From the NCBI GenBank assembly GCA_964016885.1, contig OZ024740.1, positions 375,534,001 to 375,598,000 on the forward strand: DNA of 64,000 bases, in the 5' to 3' direction. The notes beneath the pieces are model-generated. The model was not told the origin of the DNA and did no database searches. It was given only the letters and a program-made list of their open reading frames with translations. This stretch comes from Eledone cirrhosa (lineage: Eukaryota). Positions 43,893 through 60,198 of this stretch are shown one piece after another (the stretch's first letter is position 1; each line of letters begins with the position of its first letter). Position numbers and translations under genes: made by a program.

Positions 43893-44012
43893 TAGTAATA
43901 ATAATAAATGTGAAGTCTAAAATCCAAAGAGGGTTCGATAAAGATAAATATATATGAAATATATAAGAACACTAAGGCAATTATTTATCAAAATAACAGA
44001 TTAAGGTTTAAT
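43893..44012. repeat. Fragment of the repeat family arrayed at 59574-64000
   Basis: aaaatccaaagaggg...gataaatatatatgaaatatataa...aaaataacagattaa matches ~59574-59712. Confidence 0.75.
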
Positions 44013-44032
44013 AAATATATATATAATTATTA

Positions 44033-44074
<42 letters not shown>

Positions 44075-44224
44075 TTAAAAGAATAGATGTGTAACACGCA
44101 AGTTATGATATATTGGTAAACGGAAAAGAAAGTGCTGACAAATTGTTCACAGTGAAAAATAGTTTAATTTGGAATAAGTGAGAATTAGTAATAGTATTGG
44201 TTAGTATTCAGTTTTGATTTTAAG

Positions 44225-44260
44225 TTTTACCGGTTGCGCATTTCTAATGCTTTTCAAAAA
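44225..44260 (-). ncRNA. Hammerhead variant, mirror of 49295-49330
   Basis: Reverse complement of the 49295 motif. Confidence 0.5.
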
Positions 44261-45377
44261 TAATTTTGAGATAGAGCGTCCTTGATGTTTGCTCTAATCT
44301 GATTAGTTTTGGAAATTCTACCTGTTTTTATGTGAAAAAAGTGGCTCCAGCGGTATTAAAATAAGTATCGCGCCAATTCGTGTTGCAAAGATTCTTGTGG
44401 TCAAAACAATTATGATTGGTCGGTAGAGGTCATGTGAATGTTAAAAATTGATTTTGCGCCAAATGTAGGTTTGTGTCGGCTGATTGAGAAGTCACTGAAA
44501 AATAAGTCTTTCAAAACAAATGTGTGTGTGTGTGTGTGTAGTAGTAGTAAAGAGTTTCGTCGTTGTGATAATGGTCAGCAGGGATGTGTGTGCGAACCGC
44601 AGCCTGTTGACAGTTCAAATGCCTATTAAGACAAGTGTGTGTGTGTGTGTGTGTGTGTGAAGCAGAGTAATTCGTGGTAGAGGGATTGTCAGTAGGAATT
44701 TGTCTGTAAGTGTGTGGGCGATATTTTAACATGTTAAAAGATATTTTTCAGCTCTTGTCTTATACGGATACGTGTGTGTGTGTGTGTGTGTGTATGTCTC
44801 TTCGTATGTTAATGTACGCGTGTGTATGTGTGTGTATATATGCGTGTGTGTGTGTGTGTGAGAGAATGTGTGTGTGTGTGTGTGTGGGTGGACCAGTATT
44901 TATTTTGTGATACTGGTGAAATGGTGTACATTATTCGATATTTTCAGTAAAAACGATTCTCTCAATAGAACATCAAAAACCTTAATAATAAAAGGTGTGA
45001 AATGATATATAGTATTGGCATAATACTAAGGTGTATGTGAGTGTCCAAATTGTACGTACTGCAAGGGGAATCCATTAGGCCTTGCCGTATTGGAATACTT
45101 GTGTACAAATATGTATGTGCCCATCAGTGTGCAATGCATGTGTGCGTATATGTATGTGTGTGTGTCGGCACGTTTATATCTATAGACATCAAAAGGTATG
45201 CAAATTTGTGTATATTTGTGTTGCACCATAGAACATGTGTGTTTACGTATGTCATTCTGTTTATATGTGGATAGAGATGTATGCTGATGTAGGTATGTAT
45301 GTTGACGTGTGTATGTTGTGGGTTCGTCTTAGGGAGAAGTGTTTAGACGGGGTCCGTATTTGTCAATAAAGTAGGAA

Positions 45378-48333
45378 AGGGGACTGCAACAGAGAAGAAC
45401 TGAAATCCCTTCAACGCTGGGAAAAAAGTGCCACTATGAATCGACTTTTCAAACGGATTACACCTCCAATAACCGTTCATAAAAATAGGAAAACCCATAA
45501 CCGAACCGCACATCAACTTCGCAAACCCTCAAGCCACTAACAAACGAAGAAGGAAGCACCACACCGGAGATGAACTTCCCAACCTCGCTACAATAAGAAG
45601 GAACAAAAACCCTAGAAATCATCTCCCCCAGAATTACATTTACAACTTTCCCCCCTTAAAGGAGACACCATACCAAATCACTCAACTACTACGTGGATGC
45701 CTCATCGTCAAACATAGGGAAAAGATACCACAACCATGAGAGATGTAACAACTTCGCCGCTTCAAGGGGACAGCAAGGTAATTTCCATTTTCTCAACTCT
45801 CGCTTCCACAATACACAACAAACCCACACCACACATATACAACCAACAACGTAGGCCACCTATAACACCACAATCCAACATGGCACATAGAAACACACAC
45901 CCATACTCGTAATACAGGAACACCCCATTCAATCTACAACCACCAACCCCAACCACATTTTACAACAACAAGGAATATAACAAACACAGGAGACCACTTA
46001 ACATCAGCAGACAACCCCTCTACCCCAACCATTTTTTAGACACATCACACAGATACAGGCAAACAAAATAACACAAGACAGGGAGGAGAAACCGAGAGTA
46101 ATAAAAATTATCAATCTAACTAGTGCAGAACCAACACCCAACCTTATCAACTTATTCTCCAAAGGTCTTAAATTCACACCGACCCCACTACGTCCTAACT
46201 ACTATGAAATGAAGGAAGACATCACAGAATTCTGTAGAAAGTTACGACTCAGTGAAGAACTATTCGACCAGTACAATGAGGATGAATCATTAGCCAGAAA
46301 TGGAAGCAATTCCACCCCATCAAAAGGTAGAAATAAAATCCTGGACGAATTCTGTGAACACATCACAATCTTCCCTTACCAACACTTGCACAGACAAAAA
46401 CACAAGCCAAACCTCAACAAGAAAGAATGGGAAGAATTAAATAGATTAAAAACCGACAGAACCATTACAAATAAAGAGGATGCTAAAGGGAGTACAGTAG
46501 TCCTAATGGAGACAGAATTCTATATCAACTTTGGAAAACGAAACATACTACGAAAAGGCTGAACACTACAATCAACAGAAAATTATGAGAAACCTAAAAA
46601 CTCTGATCAACCAATACAAAGAAGGACTCACTAACAAGGAATTCAGCTTCATCACAGACTTCACAAGTAAATCCAGCCTTTTCTACAGTATCCCTAAAGT
46701 ACATAAAAGCGAATTAATAAGTAAGGCATGCAAGCAAACCACAGACATAGTCTGTGGCTTCCTTGCATGTCCCCTCACCCAATGATCTCAAATTAAGACA
46801 TATAATAGCAGGCTCCACTTGCGAAACCCACCGCCTTAGCAATTTAATTGATACCCTTCTCAAGCCTTTTCTCAAACACATCAAAAGCTATATAAGGGAC
46901 GACCTAGATATGCTCAATCACCTCCCTAATATGCCCCTTTCTGAACAAACCCTACTAGTGACGTACGATGTAATCAACCTATATTCAAACATCCCCCACA
47001 ACCTAGGAATAGAAGCTATCCAATTCTGGCTGGATAATTACCACAATGAACTCCCACAACGCTTCAAAAAAGAATTCGTGAGGGACTCAAATTTATCTTG
47101 GAGAACAATTACTTCGTTTTCAATAATAAACGCTACAGGCAGAAATCTGGGACCGCTATGGGAACGAAAACAGCCCCCACTTATGCCAACCTAGTCATGG
47201 GATACATGGAAATCACCCTCTACACTAAAGTCCTAAACAAATTCGGAAACACTCTCCACTTACACATAGAAAGGAACTGGAAGCGATATCTAGATGACTG
47301 ATTCATCCTTTGGCACGAAAACATCGAGAAACGTAAAGAATGTCACACCCTTATAAATGGGCTCAACACGAATATTAACTTCACGATGGAATACAGCCAT
47401 CAACAACTCCCCTTCCTCGACATCCTCATTAAGATCCATAACAAAAAATAGAAACAGACATATACTACAATCCCACAGACTCCAAGCAATATCTTCCTTT
47501 CAACTCTTGCCACCCTAGACACGTTAAAATTAATATTCCCTACAACTTATCCAAGAGAATCTGTACTATAGTCTCCAATAAAAACACCTGCTACGTACGG
47601 CTACAAGAACTAAAGGCCACACTCATAGGCAGGGACTACCCTGCATCACTAATTGACAATGGAATCCAACGTGCCCTAAAACTCAGTACCCAGGACCTTA
47701 GACACCCTAAAGTAAATCAACCGAAACTAAAAGCTCTTCCATATATCTCCACACACAACCCCCTCAACAATGAGGCCTTTGACACCATCCTCCAGAACAT
47801 CCCTGTGTTGAAAAAGGACCATAGAATGAACCAAATCCTAAGAACACACGATATCATAAAGAGCAAAAGACAATCTAAGTCAATGAAAAACATCCTAACA
47901 CATGCCAAAGTACTGCCAACCACAACAACGAAACCCACAGTAAAAAAAATGCGATAGACCCAACTGTGGCATATGCATCAACCTAATAGAGGGTTCGGAA
48001 TTATATTTCAAAGAAGGACAACGTTTTATAGTAAAACACAATTGCACAAGCGCATCAGAAAATCTAATATATGTATTAACTTGCTCAGGTTGTCGAGAAC
48101 AATACATAGGCCAGACCAAAAACAGCCTCCGCCAACGCATGACTGTCCATAGATCCCAAATTAAAATACGGGAATACAGGAAAATACCACTGAGTGAAAA
48201 CATTGATACCTGTGCCGCCCAAAATCATCCCAGCTTCAGAATCTTTCCCCCTACAAATTTAAAGATAATGCCACCCACACCCAGCGCATCAGCCAGGAAT
48301 CTTACTTTATTAACAAATACGGACCCCGTCTAA
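45378..48333 (+). pseudogene. Decayed PLE ORF1 + RT/GIY-YIG
   Basis: KIINL...SKGLKFTPTP, MKEDITEFCRKLRL, YDVINLYSNIP, GTAMGTKTAPTYANL, RYLDD, NCGIC, YIGQT; several frameshifts and stops. Confidence 0.92.
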
Positions 48334-49294
48334 ACACTTCTCCCTAAGACGAACCCACAACATACACACGTCAACATACATACCTACATCAGCATACATC
48401 TCTATCCACATATAAACACAATGATATACGTAAACACACATGTTATAAGGTGCAACACAAATGCACACAAATTTTCATACCGTTTGATGTCTATAGATAT
48501 AAACGTGCCGACACACACACATACATAAACGCACACATGCATTGCACACTGATGGGCACATACATATTTGTACACAAGTATTCCAATACGGCAAGGCCTA
48601 ATGGATTCCCCTTGCAGTACGTACAATCTGGACACTCACACACACCTTGGTATTATGCCAATACTATATATCATTTCACACCTTTTATTATTAAGGTTTT
48701 TGATGTTCTATTGAGAGAATCGCTTTTACTGAAAATATCGAATAATGTACACCATTTTACCAGTATCACAAAAATAAATACTGGTCCACCCACACACAAC
48801 ACACACACATTCTCACACACACACACACACACACATATATATACACACACACACCTACACGCGTACATTAACATACAAAGACACACACACACACACACAC
48901 ACACCCACACACACACACACTTGCCTTAATAGACATTTGAACTGTCAACAGGCTTCGGCTCGCACTCACATCCCTGCTGACCATTATCACAACTACGATC
49001 CTCTTACTACTACTACTACACACACACACACATATTTGTTTTGAAAGACTTATTTTTCAGTGACTTCTCAATCAGCCGACACAAACCTACATTTGGCGCA
49101 AAATCAATTTTTAACATTCACATGACCTCTACCGACCAATCAAAATTGTTTTGACCACAATAATTTTTGCAACACGAATTGGCGCGAAACTTATTTTAAT
49201 ACCTCTGGAGCCACTTTTTTCACATAAAAAGAGGTAGAATTTCCAAAACTAATCAGATTAGAGCAAACATCACAGACGCTCTATCTCAAAATTA

Positions 49295-49330
49295 TTTTTG
49301 AAAAGCATTAGAAATGCGCAACCGGTAAAA
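49295..49330 (+). ncRNA. Hammerhead variant (U3-A8; GCAA in place of GAAA)
   Basis: ttt-TTGAAAA-gcatt-aga-aatgc-GCAA-ccgg-TA-aaa. Confidence 0.5.
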
Positions 49331-49489
49331 CTTAAAACCAAAACTGAATACTAACCAATACTATTACTAATTCTCACTTGTTCCTAATTAAACTATTTTT
49401 CACTGTGAACAATTTGTCAGCATTTTCTTTTCCGTTTACCAATATATATATATATATAATTATTAAATCCAGTTATTACATCGGCACCA

Positions 49490-49850
49490 TACCAGATACG
49501 TACATTTCCTCAGTTACTGAGGCCCAACTTGTTCAACATATGCTGATGAAAATGGACTGACGAACAAAATTGTCTAGCGAATAGTAGCCACAGCTTTTCG
49601 GTGTTCAAGATAAGCCGGAGATGTCGTATTCTTAGCGCATGTCTACACATCTTCAGGCCCGGCATGCCCAATCCACGCAGGTGGTGCTGACAGCAGAAGG
49701 ACCACCCGACCATCTGGGCCCGTCCATTCCACAAAAAGCGAAAAAGAAAACACTCCCATCCAGCCAGACGAGGCTTTGTTCAAGGCACGACGGATAAGCG
49801 GTAGTAGATGACGGATGCGATGATAAAAATAATAATATTGTTCAATGTAC
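49490..49850 (-). mobile_element. L1/Tx1-like ORF2 fragment
   Basis: CCQHHLRGLGMPGLKMCRHALRIRHL, homologous to 17250-17340. Confidence 0.75.
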
Positions 49851-51229
49851 ATACATCAACTTAACAACAATGTTGGCTTTCACAGATAAGAATATAGCAG
49901 GCATTAACTCATAAAGGTCGTGGATCGGCTAGAAAAGATATGAGCATTATAAAGTTACAATAAAGTTACCGTAGTAGATTAGAGAAATAAGTGAATAGGT
50001 GGTAATATCAAATCTCATGTTAGTCGAGATTATAGTAAGACAAAGTTTTTAATTGTTTGCTTCTGCAATTACTACTTCGTTCCTCTCTTGTATTTATTAA
50101 TTTCGTGTCCAGTTATTATATTCTAAATTTCAAGTGTACAAATATGACATACTCCTATACTTTGTTGTTACCGACTAGCGAATACAATTATAGACCACGA
50201 AATTTCGTATTTTTTTTTTTTTTGGGGGGGGGGGGACTTCAATTAATTGCAAAATTGTATTAGCCAAAACAGCTGAGTCTCTAAATTTATAGTTCTTAAA
50301 CAAGTGTGAGGGTATATACCGTATTTTCTTGAAAAGGTTGGATGTACCCCTTATATCTGAATATTTGATTGTTCACTATACTTTCACAAATTCTGCAGGA
50401 AGCATTTCTCTGGTTTCCGGCATTTCATTTTAAATGTTTCCTGTGTATTGGTTCCTTATTACTACAATAGTTTATAGAGTTGCTCGATAATCTGCCAGGC
50501 TGTGAATGTAATTTTATATTATATTCTGCAATTAAGTTGATGGTTTGGTTTAGTTCCTTAGGTTAAAAAGGAAGATATTTTCATGTCTTTTCCTATAAGA
50601 GTATCATGATTATAATTATGTATGTGAAGGCCTTTTCTGTTTAAACTATTTATATAACCGTCCAAATTCATAGCTGTGGAATATGATAACCTACGAGTAT
50701 TTCTACTTATTATTGTGTGATACCAATGTGATTGTTTTTTTAAATCTATTATACTATAAAATATAATAGGTAATTTTGATTTAATTTTGTTATTATATCT
50801 TAGGATTATAACATAGGCAAGATTTTTGTCCTTGTTCATCTAGGAATATTACTACATTGAGATCCTATACGGGATTTAACAAGTATTATATTTATTTTAT
50901 AATCCGTGTTATCAGTCGTACTTCCGAAATAACCATTGCGTCTATATTAGTTTATGGGTTTAGTTTTACATTACTCATTCGGCTTTTTCTTAAGAATGTC
51001 AACAATATCCAGTTACTCAATAGTGGGGAAAACTCCACTTTAGTTAATTTCAGGGAGAAGTCCAACACAAATACTGTGCTACTCTGGTGCCTCAAGGGCA
51101 TTGGCAATGCCCGCTCCCAGTTTCCTCCCTCCTTCTTAGTAAATATAGTCATAGTAGTCCGATTGAGCCTCGTCAATCTCGCCGCTTTTATACTCTTTCA
51201 TAAAACACTCGCGGTAGTAACACTCTCTC

Positions 51230-51750
51230 TTTACCTTCATCTTCCTCCTGAATTGAATTTGATCGGAGTTGAAGATTCCTGTGCACAATCATTTCAGGCA
51301 AGTCCACCATTCAGCTTCCTTCGCTATAGCTACCAGGCAGAGGTAGACCTATCTCACCACCTTTCTAGAAGATGGCGGTCCAATTTGCAATATAGATAGC
51401 ACGTTTGCTTGACACAGACCGACAATTCTGCAGCACTGCACGATTGCATACATGACGGTTTCTCCACCCTGTCAAGGAATTTTGGAAATTTTCCATAATC
51501 ACCGAACAAAAATTCCCCTGAAGCGTCTGTTCAGACTGTTCTCGTCCATGCCAGGAGCCAATACCAGGCCATCGATTCTCATACCATCCACTAAAATTCA
51601 GTAGAACACTGGTTGTTTTTTGGCCACGTATCGCGTTAATCAGTTGGTAAAGTGCCGTGGGTGCCTGGCGGCATTCTAGATGCCAGTCGCCAACCATTAC
51701 ATACGCTTGACACAGGACTGTAGCACGGGCAAGGAGACGAAATGCGGAAA
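51230..51750 (-). mobile_element. L1/Tx1-like ORF2 C-terminal fragment
   Basis: GDWHLECRQAPTALYQ, homologous to 17440-17495. Confidence 0.6.
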
Positions 51751-51871
51751 GTCAAGTTACAGGAACTGTGCCCATACTATTTCGGCTTCGCTTTCGTTAT
51801 CATCGTCATTGACGTTTACTAAAAACAACAATAAAAATAATAACAAAAATAATCATCATATATCGTTATTA

Positions 51872-52061
51872 TAGCGGTGGATTGGCAGTACCGGTAGAGG
51901 GTCGGACGCCATGCTTTCCAGCATAGTTACGTCCCTTTACGGTCTGAGTTCAAATTCCGCCGAGGTTGACTTTGCCATTCATCCTTATGGGGTCAATAAA
52001 ATAAACTACCAATAATGCACTGGGTTATTGCTGGCCTTGTGCCAAAAGTATAAATAATTAT
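51872..52061 (+). mobile_element. Near full-length tRNA-derived SINE
   Basis: A-box-like tggcagtaccggtaga, B-box gagttcaaattcc, shared core and AT-rich tail. Confidence 0.88.
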
Positions 52062-52439
52062 ATCGTTATTATTAGAATGTTCACCATCGCCACCATAATA
52101 ATAATAGTAACAGTAACAATAACAACAATGACAATAATAATAGATATTTCTGATAGCAGGACAGGTTAAGGTAATGGCTATACAGGTATAAACATTTATG
52201 TGGTTAATAAAGTGCTAAAAACATTAAATAATTCTTAATTATCTCTCAACATTATCTATTACTAACCATTAATTACCAATAACTATTGAATTATTAACTA
52301 TTGAAAATGGACTACCTATTATCAGTTATTAACTAGCCATCATTAATTATCAATTACTGATCATCAATTATAAATCATTAACTATCAATATCAATTATCA
52401 ATTATCAACTAGTAACTGAATAATAGTAGGAGAATGATG

Positions 52440-53560
52440 TTACGTTTTCGTGGTTAATTTAGTAATCGGGTGAACGTTCCGGGTATAGAGCTGTGGTCAA
52501 ATATATTTATAATTTGCCTTGGTTTTGTGCACATAAGCTGGGCATCTGTCCGAGAGCTTTGTTCAAGATTGGGGCCTTGGTGAACACAATTTTAAAATTC
52601 CTGGTAGTGCATAATTAAAAGTGTTTATGTCTGCCCATGCTTGAACTTGCTTTTAGGGATATCTTCCATCCTAGGTTAAAAGGTATGGTATTCTTCTTTA
52701 TGGGGTCCTCAATTAATCTTAGAAATGAATGAGTATGTGTGACTTAACTGTGTTCTAAAACAAACCGATATATGTCTTCATAGAATTGCTTCGTTTTAAA
52801 CAATATCGCATTTGTTCACAATGTAGTTTGTTTGGGGCAATATTTTGTGTTTGGCAAGATACACAGTGCCTTCGTACCATCATGGATCTCAGATTCTGCT
52901 CTCGGAATTTTCATTTTTTGAAATAATTACGTCAGCGATGTTTGTAACTAAGTTAGGTGTAGCTGAATTTGAAAGCATAATAGTATATCTAACGAGGCTG
53001 GTGTAATAGCTCTGTGGGTAAGCGCATCTTCAATATGATGAAAACGTTCCTAGCGATTGGTGTCAACACAACTATGCTGAAGTAGTTTTTACCAACTAAT
53101 GTGCATCCACCTATTTCAGTTAAGGGATCATGGTGTGATTTTTATGTTGGTATATTACTTAAATCAATTACGCGCTAGGGCTTCATTAAAGGTGGACTCA
53201 TAAATATGTACTTGTTGTTCGCTAGGCACGAGATCGTAAAAGGCATATTCCAACAGAGGTTGTTTGTGGTAAAGGTAGCAAATGGAGGTGTCATCTAGTA
53301 ATTGTGCTCTAGCAATAAAGAACTCGATTGATAATCATGCCTATATTATTAGAGAGAACATGAAACTTTTTCTTTCATGTGATAGAAATTTCTTCCGTGC
53401 ATGGAGAATGATCTCACATTCGTCGTATGAGATGTTGGTTAATTAAATAAAGGCTTGGTGATTGGGGAATAATAGGCTTCTATGTCCAGTTGCAGAAAGC
53501 GAGTGGTGCTTTTTCAGAATCATACATATTAAGTGGATAAACATTGATATTATTTGAATA
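52440..53560 (-). mobile_element. Very degraded PLE remnant (possibly Naiad-type)
   Basis: Patchy similarity by eye, e.g. RYTIMLSNSATPNLVTNI to the NTVKISYSCMPN-type motif; no intact ORF. Confidence 0.35.
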
Positions 53561-53594
53561 AACATTGTTGTATCTGATCGAGACGAAGGGGAGG

Positions 53595-53850
53595 TGTATT
53601 TGAATTCAAATAAAAATGAGAAACCTCATCGATAGAACATTCATTAAAATAGTCAAATGCTGTCAGTGACAGCGAGGGGCAAAAATGACCCAGATGACAG
53701 AGACGAACGGCCAGCGGTCGACAGAGAGACATTCCACAAGGGGGATGGCAACGGAGTGAAATGTCTCTCTGCCGACCACTAGAAGCTGGTCCTTTAAGGT
53801 ATTTTTGTTCTAGGGATGATGCATTTCATTTTTATATGAACATACATACT
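53595..53850. repeat. MITE-like imperfect palindrome
   Basis: Inner stem gtcgacagagagacattccac/gtgaaatgtctctctgccgac (53717-53776); outer arms ataaaaatga...tagaaca / tgttctag...tcatttttat. Confidence 0.65.
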
Positions 53851-53857
53851 ACTATTT

Positions 53858-53985
53858 GTTCTGAGTTCAAATACTGCCGAGGTTACCTTTGCTCTTCATC
53901 CTTACGGCGTCGATAACATATAGTACCCATAATGCACTGGGGTTGATTTAATCGATTTCCCTTCCCCAAAATTGTGCTTTTGTTA
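53858..53985 (+). mobile_element. tRNA-derived SINE fragment
   Basis: ctgagttcaaat...gccgaggttacctttgctcttcatcct core. Confidence 0.78.
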
Positions 53986-53999
53986 CCAGATTGCATATA

Positions 54000-56018
<2,019 letters not shown>

Positions 56019-59000
56019 TGATAACAAATAAACCAAAATATATATATAGTTTCGGGTAATAAATCAAATGTAGTGTATTTAAATAAAAAATACATTTTTT
56101 TTTCTGTGTGAATCTCCGCAGGTAATAGTGTGTTTACGTTTTCCATAATACATTCTTTACATGTGTTGTAATTGAGAGGGAGCCAAAGTTATGTAAGTAA
56201 TATTTCAATAGAACGACAAAATAATTATAGGGAAGATCTTATAGAGAAAAACATTGTGTAAATCCTCTATTATTTTACTTTAAATTTTACTAATTATTCG
56301 TCAATGCAAATATTAGTTAATAACTCATTCGTATAAAATCGACAAAGATTATATTTGTTGTCATCGTTTATTTCATGGTGTGAAGAAGAGATAACGTAGC
56401 TCTTAGAATAGTAGCTGAATATATTATTATATATCACGTGGACATTTCAAATAATTGAATTCTCGGTTTATTGGTATCAATATATGTCTTTTAAAACAAC
56501 TTTATCTTTACCATAGTTACTTGTTTCATATTTCTCTTTCGGATAAAATATATATGAAAACGAATTATGAATAGCTGTCAATAACAATGTGTTGTCATGG
56601 ATGATGTGCACACTTATTTATATCAATTTCAATATGGAGTTTGATTTAAAATTGAAACACCTTTAAAATGGTGAGTAATGAACAAACAGTCATCATTTCT
56701 ATATATATAGTAACATTGAATGCTATCTCATTTCCTTTGTGTATATTAAACTTATTCGTACAGCTTTCACATACACCCTTGATCTTAATCATTCGAACTA
56801 CTTCTATATTTCGTTCTTTATTTCTTCAATATTTCCTCGATTCTACACTTTAATATTTTGCTTGATATCTGAGGGAAAGAATACCACGCATCAACTACAT
56901 TGAAACGAACGTTATGCAGTTATTCAAATTTATCCAAGCGATTGTGATCTTTATATTGATAATGTGTATCGCATTCTACGTCAGTTACATTCATGGGTCG
57001 ACAAATAAAGTGTTTAACAGACAAATATATTTCCCTAAATTTCTAAACACGCACCTGTATGGAAATACAAAGCTCCGAGAGAGTATATCTGGTTATAGTA
57101 ATAGCTGAACAATACGTGCATGTTATACGACTGAAAATGATCACACGAAACAATTCGGACAAATGTTTCCATGTGGGTGTATATCCAATGATTTTTTCTG
57201 ACATTCACGAATGTTTCTACCTCAAGAGCTGCATGTAATTATGTACGTTGTTTGATGGAAGGCAGTCCAAATGCTGACACTTAGCAACAACTCAGCTATC
57301 GTGAAATAAGCATTCACTGCAGCACGGTAGCAGTGGGAAAATGTCAGAAAGTACAGCAACCAAAATAACCTCAAATGAATGATTCCATTTTGAGGCGTCA
57401 TTCTAAACATTGACATCAGTCACACAAAATCCCATACACAAGTAAACAACATAGACAGGAAGACATCACCCTGGCACCTTCTGACTCCTAAAATGTAGAT
57501 AATAATTAATAACCAGGAAATTGTTCGAAAATACAGATATTGAAAAAGTTGGTTTTGACTGGTGGAAGTCTGCTATAAATCTAAAGCACAGATATTTGGA
57601 AGCCTAAAGTTCCATATACAACAAAAGAAAACATCGAGATGAAACGATTAAATCAGCCAACTGATCTACAAAAGCAATGGAAAGGCCAGAAATATCATAA
57701 GCATAAGAACCTGAAGATGAAACAGGTGTTACGTCTAAGATGTGTACATAGATAAGATGAATCAAAACACTCGTGGTATTTATTCCTAATCTTTATTAGA
57801 CTAGTCAATAGTAGAGGCACAAGGAGCCAACATTCTCACATTGTTCATACAAAGATCAGAAATTATGATTTTGACTTTAATGAATACTGAAAATTATTAT
57901 CCTCGGAATTGAGTGCAGTAGTACCTCCTTCCTGGCATAGAATGATTTCAGTAATATGATTAAAGAATTAATACGTGTTACTGAATGCACGTATTAAACA
58001 TAATTGGAGGATTATACGGAAAACTAAACTTGGAGATGAATCAATATATTCAAGCAAAGATATCGGAATAAGGAGTAACAAATAAGATAAGGAGCTAGTC
58101 GAAGGATTAGATATGAACGGCAAAACACTGTGTTTAATCTGATTGCTTTGAGAAGAACATTCTTCGACGCAAAGCACCTTGATACGTTATAACAAAGATG
58201 TTTAGTGGCATATTTTAAAAAAGAGGATGCAAATGTATTTAGAATGCTTATGTAAAGATGCAGCTTGATGAATTAGTCACACTTCGAAATTTGGTGGACA
58301 ACACTTGATAGAGACTAAGGAATTCCAAAGAGATGTGTGAGCGTTGTTAAACTGTTAATGATGAGCGAATGACTGGAAACGGTGGAAAACAATGCCAACG
58401 TAGATGACCTGTCATGACACTCTGCAAAAAGCTGATTGCAGCAGAGGCAAAGTTATTCATAAATATCTACTGCACTTGGCAGCAGACTAGGAAATTTCCA
58501 AATAAGATCAGCCGCTGAGTGGTAACACTGATGGGGGAATAATTGAAACATGTGACTCATATATTTATCTAATACAGTGTTATAGAAGATATTGCTTGTC
58601 CTTGGTAATTTAATCAGTGATACATAAACATGTGCAATTAGCAGATCTTTTTCACGAGAGGTTCAAGTTCGAGAAATACTGTGTGGAGCATCTTGGCATC
58701 AAATCCCCCTTCAGAGTGTCTCCAAAAAATTCATATCTTCGCGAAGCGTGCGAAAAGTTTCACCATCACTACATTTTGGCTTCTCTACGAGCAGCTATTT
58801 TAAGCGCCATATTCAAAAGCTGGATTACTGTAATGCACTATAACTGTTCGATGGTCCATAAAATCTGGCACATATCGGAACCGTATATGATACCCCTTAG
58901 ACTCTTTAACGTTTCCTCTACATGGTAATCTTGACATCTATCACTCTTTTTCCGATACAATACTATAGCAGTATATATTTTTATAGATTTTGTCTAGTAA

Positions 59001-60044
59001 CTACGTGTTTATTGTCTGGCATTGTGCCTATATTAAAAATAATTTTTTATTGAAATCTTAGATTTTCCTGTTTATATTGTCACTGGTAACTGTGTAAATT
59101 TGATAGTAACAAAATGTATCAGAAACTACAACAGGATTCAATAGATCGCAGCCGTAAAATATAAAATATTATGACTAATAATTTACACGTAACGCGTTGT
59201 TTGCAAATAGTGAATAAATGAATGTGACAACAGACGTAGAAAATATGATAAGCCACATAAATATTTCATTGTCCAATTTATCACAAAATTTACAGCGGAT
59301 TGACAATTCACGCACAGACCGGATGCCTGCACAAATGCTTATTTACATATAGGTGACTGTTTTATTATCGCTAACCACTGAAGAGAAGAGAAACATTGCA
59401 AATGCGTTGTGCTGCTGTGTATGTCATTTTCATAATTTGTTAAATAAAAATTTGCCGTGCATTAGTGCCACGCCATATCACTCTTACTTCAACAAAATAT
59501 ACACAACAGACAAACATTTAAACACATATATACATAAATAAATAAATAAATAAATAAATATATATATATATATAGTAATAATAATAAATTTGAATTGTAA
59601 AATCCAAAGAGGGCTATAAGGATAAATATATATGAAATATATAAAGAACCGTAGAGCAAATATTTATTAAAATAAATATATATATATTTATTAAAATAAA
59701 AGATTAAAGTTTAAGCAAGGAATCGCTGCTTTCGCTCTTAACGGGATCTTCTGAAACTATCAAAGTCAATATGTGAACGCAGAAGTGAATATTTCAAAAA
59801 ACGTTGCAACTGGAGGAAGACAGGAAAACAATACTTTGGTTTGTGGAAACGTTCCCTGGCAAAGAACGGGAAAAAACGAATAAAATACGTAATTATTTGG
59901 AGCAGTGAAAAACAATTACACGCAAAGACAAAACCACGATTATGATATAAATGAGGTCGTAGACTAATATTCTATTAAGTGGTTCGTGGAGACGGTCTAT
60001 GGCAATGAACGGAAAAAACGAAGATAATACGTCATTAGGGACGT

Positions 60045-60198
60045 AACTATGCTTTCTAGCATAGTTACGTCCCTTTACGGTTTGAGTTCAAATCCTGTTG
60101 AGGTTAACTTTGCCTTTCATTCTTACGGAGTCGATAAAATAAAGTACCAGTAACGCATTGAGTAATTGCTGGCTTTGTGCCAAAAGTAGAAACAATTA
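60045..60198 (+). mobile_element. tRNA-derived SINE inserted in the first array unit
   Basis: Same SINE core; absent at the equivalent position in the other units. Confidence 0.85.

Larger units (their letters stand above)
44108..49447 (+). mobile_element. Penelope-like element with ~1.2 kb inverted pLTR (44108-45376 inverted vs 48300-49447)
   Basis: Long terminal inverted arms include the last codons of the ORF; the internal region encodes decayed ORF1 and RT/GIY-YIG. Confidence 0.92.

Noticed and set aside
50857-51399. 180-aa hydrophobic ORF
   Set aside because: AT-rich and partly antisense to a LINE remnant; no recognisable domain.
51872-51965. tRNA gene
   Set aside because: A/B boxes belong to a SINE head; no cloverleaf.
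57380-58930. Possible old LINE remnants
   Set aside because: Purine-rich and coding-like, but no diagnostic motif recognised.
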